A DNA stretch of 64,000 nt, from the NCBI GenBank assembly GCA_963765895.1, contig CAVXZB010000019.1:128001-192000 (forward strand), read 5' to 3'. Numbering within the stretch: position 1 is the stretch's first letter; every line of letters begins with the position of its first letter. The DNA is from an uncultured Nitrososphaeraceae archaeon (GTDB lineage: Archaea > Thermoproteota > Nitrososphaeria > Nitrososphaerales > Nitrososphaeraceae). Position numbers and translations under genes: made by a program. The notes beneath the pieces are model-generated. The model ran no database searches. It was not told the DNA's origin and was given only the letters and a program-made list of their open reading frames with translations. Positions 44,829-55,802 of this stretch are shown piece after piece.

Positions 44829-45286
44829 CTTTTATCTACTACTCTTTTGTGCATACGGAAGCATATTAGTATGATCTGTAAACGTATTGCATTGAATTAG
44901 TAGCGAAGCATGACTCAGCGCAGAAAATAAGTATCGTAACTGATATTATATTTCTATACTTGGGTTCAGCCCAGCCTAAATATGCCTCTAATTGATACCA
45001 TATCTCTTTTGATTTACACAAGAATGTCCATAATATTTACAAAATCATAACCCAAATTTAGTTTGAGCAATTTAAACTATATCCAAGTTAATTGATATGG
45101 TGAGAATAATTAAATTCCTTCCAGGAGACTATTACCACGTTGAACAACATAACCATTTGGTCGATTGGAATCTTATCAATTAGATTCCAGCTATTACCCA
45201 ATCCGAGTTGTGAAGCAATTTTTCCACTTTGAGGTGATACGAAATATGTAGTCAGATTGGAATATACAGGCGATCGTCTGAGCAAA

Positions 45287-46066
45287 TTATCGCAGCGGAT
45301 TACGACGCTGCGCCCAATCGATTATCGAACCATCATATAGTCTCACGCTATTAAACCCCGCCTCTCTAAGTTGCAAATAGGTATGAGAAGCCCTTGTTCC
45401 AGAGTGACAGTAACATACAACTTCCTTATTTTTCGTAATCCCCTTATTTTCAAATTCACGTATTAGCTCGTCCCTATCTTTAATCATTTTCCCATTACTT
45501 CCTATACCTTCTTCCCAATTATGTAAGACAGATCCTGGGATCCTTGCTTGGAAGTGTTCCTGCGGTGTTCTGGCATCCAGTATTATTATTTCTCCCGTAT
45601 GCATCCTATCCTTGATTGTTTGCTCATCTGCTCTAATGGAAGAATTTATCCGAGAAGAGAAGTGCGCATTATTTGGGGTAGTATAGGTTGGAACTTGCTT
45701 GCTAGTTGCCAATCCAACTTTCATCCATTCGCTGAATCCAATTTCTAGGAGCTTGACACTCGGGTGCCCATGGTAAAGTAGGCTCCAAACTACTCTTGCT
45801 GCAGACGGGTCGGTATTCTCACCATATACTACGACTGCTTTTGAGTTATCGATGCGAAGTTTAGTAAAAACCTCTTCAGCTGTCTTAGAATCGATCACTA
45901 GATTAGCCCCATTATCAGCAACTGAAACAAGGCTTTCAATACCTATCGGCAGGGCATTCTCAATATGTCCAAACCTGTATAACATCTTTCCCCTTGCGTC
46001 TAAAACAAGTACTTTAGGGTCGTCTAAGTGCGCTGATAGCCAGTCATAATCTTCAGTTACTATCAT
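45287..46066 (-). CDS. Tandem-rhodanese sulfurtransferase
   Basis: GHIENA, DART..F..RIPGS, active-site YCHSGTRA and LYDGSIIDW. Confidence 0.92.
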   Translation of the reverse strand: MIVTEDYDWLSAHLDDPKVLVLDARGKMLYRFGHIENALPIGIESLVSVADNGANLVIDSKTAEEVFTKLRIDNSKAVVVYGENTDPSAARVVWSLLYHGHPSVKLLEIGFSEWMKVGLATSKQVPTYTTPNNAHFSSRINSSIRADEQTIKDRMHTGEIIILDARTPQEHFQARIPGSVLHNWEEGIGSNGKMIKDRDELIREFENKGITKNKEVVCYCHSGTRASHTYLQLREAGFNSVRLYDGSIIDWAQRRNPLR

Positions 46067-46379
46067 AATTTATCCATTCACATTGAATTAAACCTCATAT
46101 GAATCATAATTTCGTCCTTTGACCAAATTTCTTTGCCTGATAAACCGTCTATTTAAGGGCTGTGTAAAATTTCGTGCTAGAGAAGCATAATCTATGCCTT
46201 TATCTTAGCTTTATGGATACCAGTATGCCTTCATAGTAGGTATCCCTCTTAGTACCGAGGCAATTCATGAATGTGATTTCTTTTGTTCGAGATTACGAGG
46301 ATTTAGCTTAATTTAGATTTTCGGGACGCATAAATTTTACTTCTTTAAGGGGATATTCTTAAAGACACGAACAGATAGG

Positions 46380-47123
46380 TCATGACAATTTATGGTCTTC
46401 TATTTGGAAAAAACATCTAAACCATCCGCTTGCTAGTTTAGCGACTTCTTCGAGCGTGCCTGGTTCTTCGAAGAGGTGGGATGCATTCGCAACTATAGCC
46501 ATCTTCTTCTTTTCTGAAGCAATATCTCGTAGTGCATTTCTGTTCCAGTCTATCACCTCTGAAAAATCATTACTCCCTACAATGAAAAGCGTGGGAATTC
46601 TGACTTGGTTCAAATTATTCCTTTGAACAAGGTCTGGCCTTCCAGAACGTGATACTATTGCAGCGACAAAATTGGATACACTGCTAGTTGCCGTTGCAAT
46701 AAGGGCAGCTGCTGTGCCTGTACTTGCTCCGAAGTAACCGACTAAAAGGCCTCGAGTATTTGGATTTCGGGTTACCCATTCAGTTATTGAAACCAAACGG
46801 CTTGCTAAGAGCCGAATATTGAATTTATTCAATAAGAAGCCCGAAATCTTATCCCGCTGCTTTTCCATGATAGTATCGCTCTCTTCTTCTTCAGGTGTAA
46901 GTAAATCTACCAATAAGGTAGCAAGTCCATCTCTATTCAATATTTCTGCCACGAATCTATTTCTAGGGCTATTCCGACCACTTCCGCTCCCGTGAGCAAA
47001 TAAGATTATTCCTTTTGGCTTGCTTGGAACAGTAAGATCGCCTTGTTGCGTAAATGACTTCCCTAAGCTCGAGATCGGAATATACACAGATGCTTTGACA
47101 AATTCTGTACTTGCTTCTTCCAT
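46380..47123 (-). CDS. Dienelactone hydrolase-like alpha/beta hydrolase
   Basis: FAHGSGSGRNSPRN, GYFGASTG, SRSGRPDL and ASHLFEEPG. Confidence 0.88.
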   Translation of the reverse strand: MEEASTEFVKASVYIPISSLGKSFTQQGDLTVPSKPKGIILFAHGSGSGRNSPRNRFVAEILNRDGLATLLVDLLTPEEEESDTIMEKQRDKISGFLLNKFNIRLLASRLVSITEWVTRNPNTRGLLVGYFGASTGTAAALIATATSSVSNFVAAIVSRSGRPDLVQRNNLNQVRIPTLFIVGSNDFSEVIDWNRNALRDIASEKKKMAIVANASHLFEEPGTLEEVAKLASGWFRCFFQIEDHKLS

Positions 47124-48549
47124 TTAATCATCATTATCTATGGGATTATTTTAAAAACGCTACTTTAGTCATTAAAGGAGCTCGACACCTAGGAATCTGA
47201 TAGAGCATGCATATGAAATCTAAACTATAATGGATTCGTGGACTTATTCGATATAAGTTCTCAGAATTATTATTTTCAAATTCCGACTCATATCTCACGA
47301 CTTGCTTATGTTTGGACTCGACGGAGTTTTAATCATTAATGTCAAAATCGTTCAATAGAAGTCTTGAGAATAGATTTTGATGTCCTTGAGGGACAATAAA
47401 TATTATTTATCTTTTTCATCATTGCGGAGTACACGGAATCATTGCCTGGATCTTCTTGCAGTCAGCATAAAGCGACCGAAATTGGTTTGATAAACCCCAA
47501 TTGGATTATTACAGGCATTACCTCGAATTACGAGTTCTTCTGACACAGGTTAGCATAGAATCTATATCGCGAAATTTATGCCCGTCTTTAAATAACTGCC
47601 CAGATCTCCATAGCGGCTGCTCTAGATCTAATACCGCAATAATTCTCATACTCTTGTTTTTTTCTCATAACTGGAAGTGCAGCCAGTATGATAACATGAC
47701 CATAAAATTTTTTCACATTATTCTTCATCTCATCAACAGATAGGTCTTGGAAGGAACTTACGAGCCCAATTTCGGCGATAGTTCTCCATACATAGAGATT
47801 TCCTTTCTCTATATCCTTAATTGGACTGCATTCTAGGGTCCGTCATTATTAACTCAAGTTGGATAATCTCAATAGATAGATCTCCACCCTCAGCCAACAC
47901 TCTGAACTCATTTACTTGGTGCAATCTCTGAACTTTAGCGTATGTAAGAAAATTATATCTTGTGAGAAGCAATGAAGGTTAGAGACCGGTGCTAGTAGAG
48001 CAAACTGTAACTACAGCAACTGATGATAGAGACCATTTTCTGAAAGGCCATCCCCTCGTGGTTCATAGTAGTGGATGTTTAATATCATATAGTCGAAAGA
48101 ATAATACTTCTTATAATTTGGCAGAAAATTTTTCTTTAGGCGAGCCTGTGACAGAAACAGTCGTGCAGACAGTAACGACTAGGCCGCAGTACTTAAGGTG
48201 TCTAGTGGGCTAGTACATGTCGACATAGATAACATGGAAGGTTTGTAGGTCCCATAGTAAGTTTTAGGATGGCACTGAAGGGGATTATTGTATAGGGAAT
48301 GAACATATGCAAAGAGACAGGCAGCTAGTTATCGCAGCCAGGACTAATCAATTGGAGAGTCTAAACTTCAGAAAAATGACAGATTTCTATAATGACCAGC
48401 TGAGCTAGGCATTGTATGCATTCCAAGAGATTACTGGATCTGAGAGATTAAAACGGTAGATCAGAAATTAAAATAAGGATTCCCCGAAGAAGGCCAGCAT
48501 AATCAACATAAGGCCATTTAGCAGTGTATATTCATATTATTTCTCTACG

Positions 48550-48729
48550 TCATGGACTTTCAGCCTTCGACTTGCTCTGACCCAGCGGAATGTATATTCC
48601 ATCATCCTTTACTATCATTTCTAGCCTGGTACCCTTTGCCAAATTAAAGCCATCGACAACAGGCTTGGGCAATACTATTATCGAACTAGATCCCATCGAT
48701 GTAATGGTTACAGTGTGTTTTGTAGGCAT
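48550..48729 (-). CDS. AbrB/MazE/SpoVT-family DNA-binding protein (59 aa, not in ORF track)
   Basis: Manual translation MPTKHTVTITSMGSSSIIVLPKPVVDGFNLAKGTRLEMIVKDDGIYIPLGQSKSKAESP; AGGTGA ribosome-binding site upstream. Confidence 0.8.
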   Translation of the reverse strand: MPTKHTVTITSMGSSSIIVLPKPVVDGFNLAKGTRLEMIVKDDGIYIPLGQSKSKAESP

Positions 48730-49585
48730 TACCTTTCACCTAATCATCTGCATGTATATTTAACTATTATCATGGATATATGTTCAGGCCTATATTGAAA
48801 TATATATTTTTTAGAGCGAGAACCTAGCCATGAAGGTTCAGCCTTATTTCGACGCACATTGACAATATGCGCTGAGTACTCTTCTAATCTGGGGAAGTTT
48901 AAGGTTATACTTTAATTTGACAACTGTCCTGCATAAAGTGGCTTTAGGTAAAGGTTATATGCTACGAGTTAGACGAAGGTGATTTCGTTGGGCTATCTCT
49001 ATTTTACCGCGACAATTCAAATTTCATATTACAGCTGGCCCAAAAAAATCCGGCCTGACATAATTCACCTTCGGTATTGGCTGATTATTTATCGGTTACT
49101 TCAAGATGGACTCGATCCTCGAAAACATGTACAAACATTCATTCGCTTTAAGAGTCCTATAGAGTTTCTCCTAACAGCAACTTTCCATTCAGTAAGCGCC
49201 ATTAAGTGGAAGTAAAATTGGTTGGTTGTCACTCTAAAATGCTGGCCCAAAATGAGCCCTCGGAAAAGGTGTTAAAATAATACCATTGTCAGATACAGGA
49301 AAAGGATACTTAATTATAATTCCTCGATAATCTGAATAAAGAAATACCTGCTAAAAGTGGAGCGATTACTTTATCTACTAATTACATGTCCACGATAATT
49401 GGAGGAGAAAATGAAGCAATCCCACGCGGTGCAGAATCTATCTTCTCATCACGGAAAAGGAAATGGATGCAATGGGGGCCTGTTACAAAAGAATTTATAA
49501 TAACTATATGAGTCATCAAAGGCTGAAGATTAACAATTTATTGAATAGAAAGAAAGAATGATGATCCATGTACAGGGATCATTTT

Positions 49586-49882
49586 TTAAGGTATGTGGCA
49601 TCCAGCGCCAGTCCATCCAGCTCTATATCCACCCTTCCAATCATTTGTATGAGCGGTACTAGCCCCATTGTACTTATGACCATCCCGGCAATCAGTTTTT
49701 CCTATAGTAAAGCCGTCACAATAGTTTTTCGTATGCTTTGAACTGTCACATTGTAAAGTTTTGCCTACTGAAGTATCTGCGGCTTTCACTACATGATCCG
49801 TAAGTAGTATCGGAGCTATCGACAAAGCAGATATGACAGATGCTATGACAAATGCCGTTTTATTAGAACAAGACTTGCTCAT
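49586..49882 (-). CDS. Small secreted Cys-containing protein with H..Y/W..G(F/Y)..G repeats
   Basis: Signal peptide ending VKA; HTKNYCDGFTIG and HTNDWKGGYRAGW; four Cys in the mature part. Confidence 0.7.
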   Translation of the reverse strand: MSKSCSNKTAFVIASVISALSIAPILLTDHVVKAADTSVGKTLQCDSSKHTKNYCDGFTIGKTDCRDGHKYNGASTAHTNDWKGGYRAGWTGAGCHIP

Positions 49883-50589
49883 TGATGGCATAAGTAGTAA
49901 GCAGTACTTAAGGTTTGTTCCTATTTTAAGACAGTTTATTGCGCAAATCATTCACCAAATCGGATTATCTTATATTATAATATTTGTATCGTTTTTATTC
50001 TATCTGCATTTATCTGCCAGACAACGCCAGCTAGCAACAGATATTTCAATTCAGATTAACTTACGACGGTCACTTGTTAATATGCTCCAGACTCGGCCTT
50101 GCTGTGCAGAATTCTCGAGAATTTATAATCACAGTAGATAATATCAGTTCATAGATAGAAGCGAAGGTGATGAGAAGAAGGCACCTAAGAGTATCAGTAA
50201 AAGGACTAATTGAATATTTCAAAATCGATTATACTGAAGAATAGTGGAAGCATGATATCCATATAGCAGGAGACGTTGCAAATGTGAACAATTGAAATAA
50301 GTAACCCACAAGTATAGAAGCCAGATGGAATGGAGTAACTCTAAACTGTAGACATACTGGGTGCCTGAACCTCGATGTCATATGGCGTTTCGAATTCCAT
50401 ATTAAGTACTCAATTAAATTCAAGACATTTGGCTCCATTCGTTGTTATATTTTCTCTACACTCTTCAATATTGGAGATAAACCAGAACCCGAATATGCCG
50501 TAACGACTTCCTTGGCTTTCCCAAGCATAGCTGTGTAGCTGACCCCATCAAGCCATCAGTGTTGCAATCATTGTTTGTCAGATTCATAT

Positions 50590-50740
50590 CATCCTCCCGG
50601 AGAGAAGGGTGCTATTGAGGGGCCAGCTCCGTGTTTGGTCTTGCCCTTACTATAATAGCTACCCTCGGTGAACGGAGCAGAAACCGAGTCGCTCTTTGAC
50701 ATGAGTATCCAATTCCTCAAGAGGTTAAGAGGGGATACCT
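50590..50740 (-). ncRNA. Putative structured RNA element upstream of a decayed ORF
   Basis: Several complementary pairs (see finding), then GGGAGG and ATG at 50587 on the minus strand. Confidence 0.4.
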
Positions 50741-51287
50741 TTGCCACGATACGGATGAACAAAACAAATAGTATTCACGAATTCAATTAATTAGAACGAA
50801 TTATTACTTTTAAACATCGTTGTATCAGATCAGCAAGACCTCTTAAAGCTAGGACACATAATAATACTAATGTTTCACACCTATGTTACTATGTGATGCT
50901 GCACTTTCTTCAAGAACAGGACCTCGCATAATACTCTAATGCCCAGTGTATTCTTAATAACAGAATATTAATCAGTAAGTAGCTGCTCGTTATCAATCAG
51001 CAGAAATTATAGCTAATAAAATTTATTCGATTAGTCCCAGTAGGTTCATTAGAGATCCCGACTATATTAGGTTGTTTGCTTTCCTAATTTAGGTTCAATG
51101 TTTGTTCTAACCTGAAGTTCAATATCAAATGATTTGATCCTAATTTCAGAATATTTTTGATATATTCAAATTATAGCATTCACCGTAGTATGTGTTTGTG
51201 TCTTGTCTTGTTCCATACATTCTACAAAAATTATACTCCAATAAACTGCTAATTGTCAATTAAACTTTGTCTCTTAAAAAAAGAAAT

Positions 51288-51829
51288 TTAGGCACCAGCA
51301 CCTATGCCTGGATTACCGACTGGGTTACCTGCTGCGAGACTACCGCTCGCGTGGCTGCCACCTTGGCTGCGACTTTGGCCACCATTTGCTTGCCACGCGT
51401 GGTTACCACCTTGGCCAGCCGCTTGCGTGGTTACCACCTTGCCCCGTTGCTTGGCCACCGCTTGCGTGGTTACCACCTTGGCCACCATTCGCTTGGCCAC
51501 CACCCTGATTATTTCCCTGGTCGTCATGGCTACCACCATCATATTTATGATCGTTACCTTGATCTACTCGGCTGGAGCTACTTGGTTGAAAACTGAGCAC
51601 GTTGGCTGCGTTATGGTTCCCATTAATTTGGCTGGCTAGATTTTGACAATTAATATCTAAAGGCATTGTGCCGTTTCCACAGTTATTATCTAGTGCGGCT
51701 GTTTGCCGTACAGACTTTGAATAGTGATGTCCACCTGCAAATGCAATTTCTGAAGATATGACTGCACCTGTTGCTAACAGAGCTGCTAAAACTGAAATAG
51801 GCAGCGATTGTAAGACTATTGTTGTTCAT
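51288..51829 (-). CDS. Secreted CGNG-x7-CQ family protein, copy 4, with G/Q/N/H-rich tail (frameshifts at ~51800 and ~51417)
   Basis: MNNNSLTIAA..AFA signal; LDNNCGNGTMPLDINCQNLASQINGNHNAANV; GGQGGNHAS repeats ending GNPGIGAGA*. Confidence 0.8.
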
Positions 51830-51856
51830 AATTTCAAGGAATAATTAATTTAATTC

Positions 51857-51904
51857 TTTATCTACATTAGGGGAAAGTTTGCACCCCATTTAATCTGATA
51901 TATC
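51857..51904 (-). promoter_or_regulatory. Conserved upstream element of CGNG-family gene, copy 4
   Basis: GATATATCAGATTAAATGGGGTGCAAACTTTCCCCTAATGTAGATAAA on the minus strand. Confidence 0.7.
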
Positions 51905-52564
51905 CTTCTAGACATTTTCTAGTTGGTTTGTTATATAGCATCTCAATTTTAGAAGCACGGTGCGGATCTTCGTATTGGGCACAATAATGTACAAATTATT
52001 TCACAATGCTACGTTACCACTACGATAGCATTTTGACATATCGAGGAGAACACTAGACCATCTATTGGGACTTTAATAAAGTTCCGTCCCACGACAAAGG
52101 CCGCTACTCCACTGTAAATAAAAACGAACCCACCAATTCGGATAACTGGAAAATATGTCGAGTATTGTTTAGGATCGGTTTTGTATGTAGTTAGATGCAT
52201 TACAATTGTTTTTAGTGCAAACCTGCATCGAAACCTAGTTGGAGAATTTAACTGTTAAGTGCTAATCTAAAGCTTAAGTTGGATAGGGCATTTGTAGTAG
52301 CATAACCAAATCTGCTATTCATCCTGAATGCGTACGTTTATTTGCTGACGGCAATGAAAGCCCTTTTAACTACTCTTCCAGTTCGATATATGACTTCTGC
52401 ACAAATCTGGCATTATATTGATGTGGCCTCGCTAGTAATCCCGCATCTAAAACCCATTTTGTAATTGAGATTGTAGTAAATCTTGTTGATATTGGGTTAT
52501 CTATGGTATTTAATACCATTTAATGGCAAGGATTATATATCCCAAGAACTATATCACAATTAAT

Positions 52565-53116
52565 ATGTCATCTAAAAAAGAACTAGAATCTAATATTACC
52601 ACATCCAGTTCACAGTTGAAAAAAGATCAGCAAGAAGTAATCGATAAAGCCTTGGATCAAACGAGAGAAGATATTCGAAAATCTGTCGATGAGGCCAAGA
52701 GAGAGATCCCCCGCTACACAAGGGCAATTAACGAATATCAGGAGCAAACTATCGAAGCTACTCGAGAATTAGCAGACAACTTTGTAGTATCACAGAAAGA
52801 AATCATTAATTCATTTCAATCTGCATGGGCTCCTTATATAGAGAATTATACAAGAAATGTAAACACCTATTTGTCTCCTGGACGAGTCTCAGAAGTATAC
52901 ACTAACACGACTCGATCTTATGCTGATAATATATTCACAGTAACGAGACTGACCAATAATGTCATATTTGGATATGCCGAAGCCATGAAGAACTCTCTGC
53001 AACAAGCCAAAAATAATGCCAAGGAATTGTCACGAATCGGTGTTAATGCAGCAAAGACTTTCGAACAGACATCAAAGGAAAATTCAAGACTAGCACAAGA
53101 TATTGCAACGAAGTAG
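52565..53116 (+). CDS. All-helical phasin-like hypothetical protein
   Basis: Amphipathic helical pattern (KALDQTREDIRKSVDEAKREIPRY; SQKEIINSFQSAW); the phasin assignment is inference. Confidence 0.7.
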   Translation: MSSKKELESNITTSSSQLKKDQQEVIDKALDQTREDIRKSVDEAKREIPRYTRAINEYQEQTIEATRELADNFVVSQKEIINSFQSAWAPYIENYTRNVNTYLSPGRVSEVYTNTTRSYADNIFTVTRLTNNVIFGYAEAMKNSLQQAKNNAKELSRIGVNAAKTFEQTSKENSRLAQDIATK

Positions 53117-54670
53117 ACGAACCTCAACATTTACTCTTTTTATCTCAAAACAGTATTACTGGAACGCTTTAAATAACGCTGGCACTTGTCCAGGGCTATT
53201 TGGGAAAAGTCAAACTCTATCCGATTAGGAGTCTAAACACTGTTAAATCACTCTGGCTAATTTTCCTTAAGTAAACGAGTACCTAAGGTCAGAGCTTGTT
53301 CAAAGGTTATGGTTTGCAACTTTTAAACCCAGCTGGGACACGCATAGTTAACTTGATCCTGAAACAATTCTTTCTTGCATTTCGGAGGCAAACTAATCCA
53401 GAGGGCTGCCGGAGGAACAAAATTTCTGGGAGGCAAAACTTTCCATGACGTACTCTAACTATTGTCAGTTCTTGAGGATATGAGAAGTTCTAACTATCTG
53501 ATGCCGCTAAACATTTTCCGAGAGGCTGTCGAAGCATTTCCTAATGCCACGTAGGTCTCGTTGAGCAGAGTTTTAGCAGACCTAGATCACGCTACCTTAT
53601 TCGTGACATTTTTTTAGGAAATGTCCCGTAGAAACTGTTGCTTCGTAATTGATTGAGCTGCTCGCTCAGCTGACTTGGTTCATTGTTTGCCATCACTCGA
53701 AGTGGTCTCTCGTATATTCTTTGTCACATTCGAAGCATAGGGTTTGACTGCCTCTTCGTCTTTAGCAACTTTCCCTGTCACGTTAGCTATTCTATATCGT
53801 CTCGTCAAATGTCCCTTGATTAGAATTCGTTGATTTGGCCAAGGTGGCCGTTGCAAATAGGGTAAGTTCCAGGGCGACTATGGGTATGACTATTAAAGTC
53901 TGATACAGGCAAAAAGAATCCATGCAGGGGCCCACCACTTGCTTTGGATAAGTTGTCTTGATTTTATTACATTAATGAAATGAACAAGAACCTATTATTC
54001 GTGTGTCCCATCGAATCTTGCGAATGGATTCATGCCTCCATATGACCCCGGTTAGATAGCATTTTGTTCATATTCTGACATCAGTACGCAGAAGGAAGCC
54101 CAGAAATTGATAATGGCATATCATAAGATATAACCACTTGATGAGGAGAAATGAATATTGTTCCGTCATTTTCGAGTCTGTAATAACTGAATAGATCACA
54201 AATCTCAACTAGGGTAATATCTTTACACATATCCGTTCGAAATTAACTATTCTGTTGAATACATCGGGTTAAGTCAGTAAGACAATGTGGTTGTCTAGAC
54301 AAGTGCATGATTCCTTCTAACGAGTCATAATCAACGCAAAATCCTAATCTAGCAATTTAACTGCAAATGTTGTTTCTAGTCTGTTGCCGAAAGTTTACAG
54401 TTAAGGATTTTTAGATGACCCCATTCCATTATTCTGTTGTCTATATTGTCAATTTGTCTGATAGCTGTGTAGATAATAGAAAACACAGTTGCACTTTTTA
54501 GTCAAAACCCTTTTTTCATATCGTTGTTTCATACCGTGTCACCAGATTTTCTTTAATATACGAGTCCTGACTCAATATAAGGTGCATATTTCATTCCTAA
54601 TTCCTCAAACCACGATCCGGTGGCCTTTGCCTCCACTATGGTTTGTGTGATGTCAGGCCAACAGGGTTAT

Positions 54671-54913
54671 TTATTTAAAGTCTGTATTGTGGGCTTCCGC
54701 GGTTATAACTATTTTTCCATTGACCATCCATTTCGCAGATCCTAGATCCTGGCCCTGAGGCCCAGTAGCGCGTGGAATATCTATTTCTAAGTCCTGAAAC
54801 TCGTAGGTTATTTTGGTACCCTTACCTGTTAGGCGATCGAATAATTGAGCCATAAGATCTGGCCACTGACTAGATCCTTCCTTGATTTTTTTTTCATCGA
54901 TTGTTTCTGACAT
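54671..54913 (-). CDS. Small hypothetical protein
   Basis: Clean 80-aa ORF (WPDLMAQLFDRLTGK..AKWMVNG). Confidence 0.7.
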   Translation of the reverse strand: MSETIDEKKIKEGSSQWPDLMAQLFDRLTGKGTKITYEFQDLEIDIPRATGPQGQDLGSAKWMVNGKIVITAEAHNTDFK

Positions 54914-55802
54914 GGTTGATATTGTGATCCCTTTGTTTATAATGATATCCTATTAGCCGGAATTGTATTGTAATACTTGAGATGAAAAGTCTGTATCGCT
55001 AGATACTTGCAATAACTAAAGTAATCATCATTGCGGTTTAATTTACTAGAATATTCCATAGAATAAGCTTTAAAGTGGGTATCATAGTTGACGGATAATA
55101 AGTTCCAGGAAACCAGTAATATACTCAATATACAGGAAACCTTCTAGACATTGGTTGGCATTTACCTTAAGTAAAATCAATAATCATCAAGCGACTAATT
55201 GTGGCCTACACAGAATTAAGTTCAACCTAAGTCCCAATATATTATGCAGGTCATTTCTCAGCAATAGAATTATTGTGATGTTCAGTATTATTGAGCTAAA
55301 CATCGAAGACCAAGATAAAAGGAGGTCAGCTGGAACTATGTGTGATTTTCAAATTTTGATCGGAGCCTTTATTGGATTGACCGCGATTGTTTATTTCTGA
55401 GATACAAATTTAGCAACAATATTTAGTTTGCTAGATAACTCATGATATCATAATATAAGACTATCAATAATCATTTTTTTCAGAGAACCTAATCAAGACT
55501 TAGATGTTTTACTTTTACGAAGGATCCATTTTGACTTCTACTATTAAATCCTATACTGCATCTTGTACAGTGTCTGTCCTTACTAAGAACCAGAAACGAT
55601 CCGAACTTTATCAAAGATAGAGCATTTGAAAATGCTGCGCTTTATGGATTACGATCAAATCTAAGAATCGTAATTTAAGCTAATTAAATTAAGAGACTCG
55701 ACGAATTTAATACTGAGTATTAGCTACATTTTCTAAGCAATCAACGTTCCGGGATCTGTAAACGTTAGACTGGATTGTAATATTTCTGACACGTAACGGT
55801 TA

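Noticed and set aside
47200-48500. Possible degraded transposase or other gene relic
   Set aside because: No DDE/HUH motifs, terminal inverted repeats or target duplications found.
51267-51639. Plus-strand ORFs of 109 and 111 aa
   Set aside because: Antisense shadows of the GC-rich repeat tail of CGNG copy 4.
53200-54200. Fragmentary coding-like sequence, including MNKNLLFVCPIESC
   Set aside because: Multiple stops and no recognisable family.
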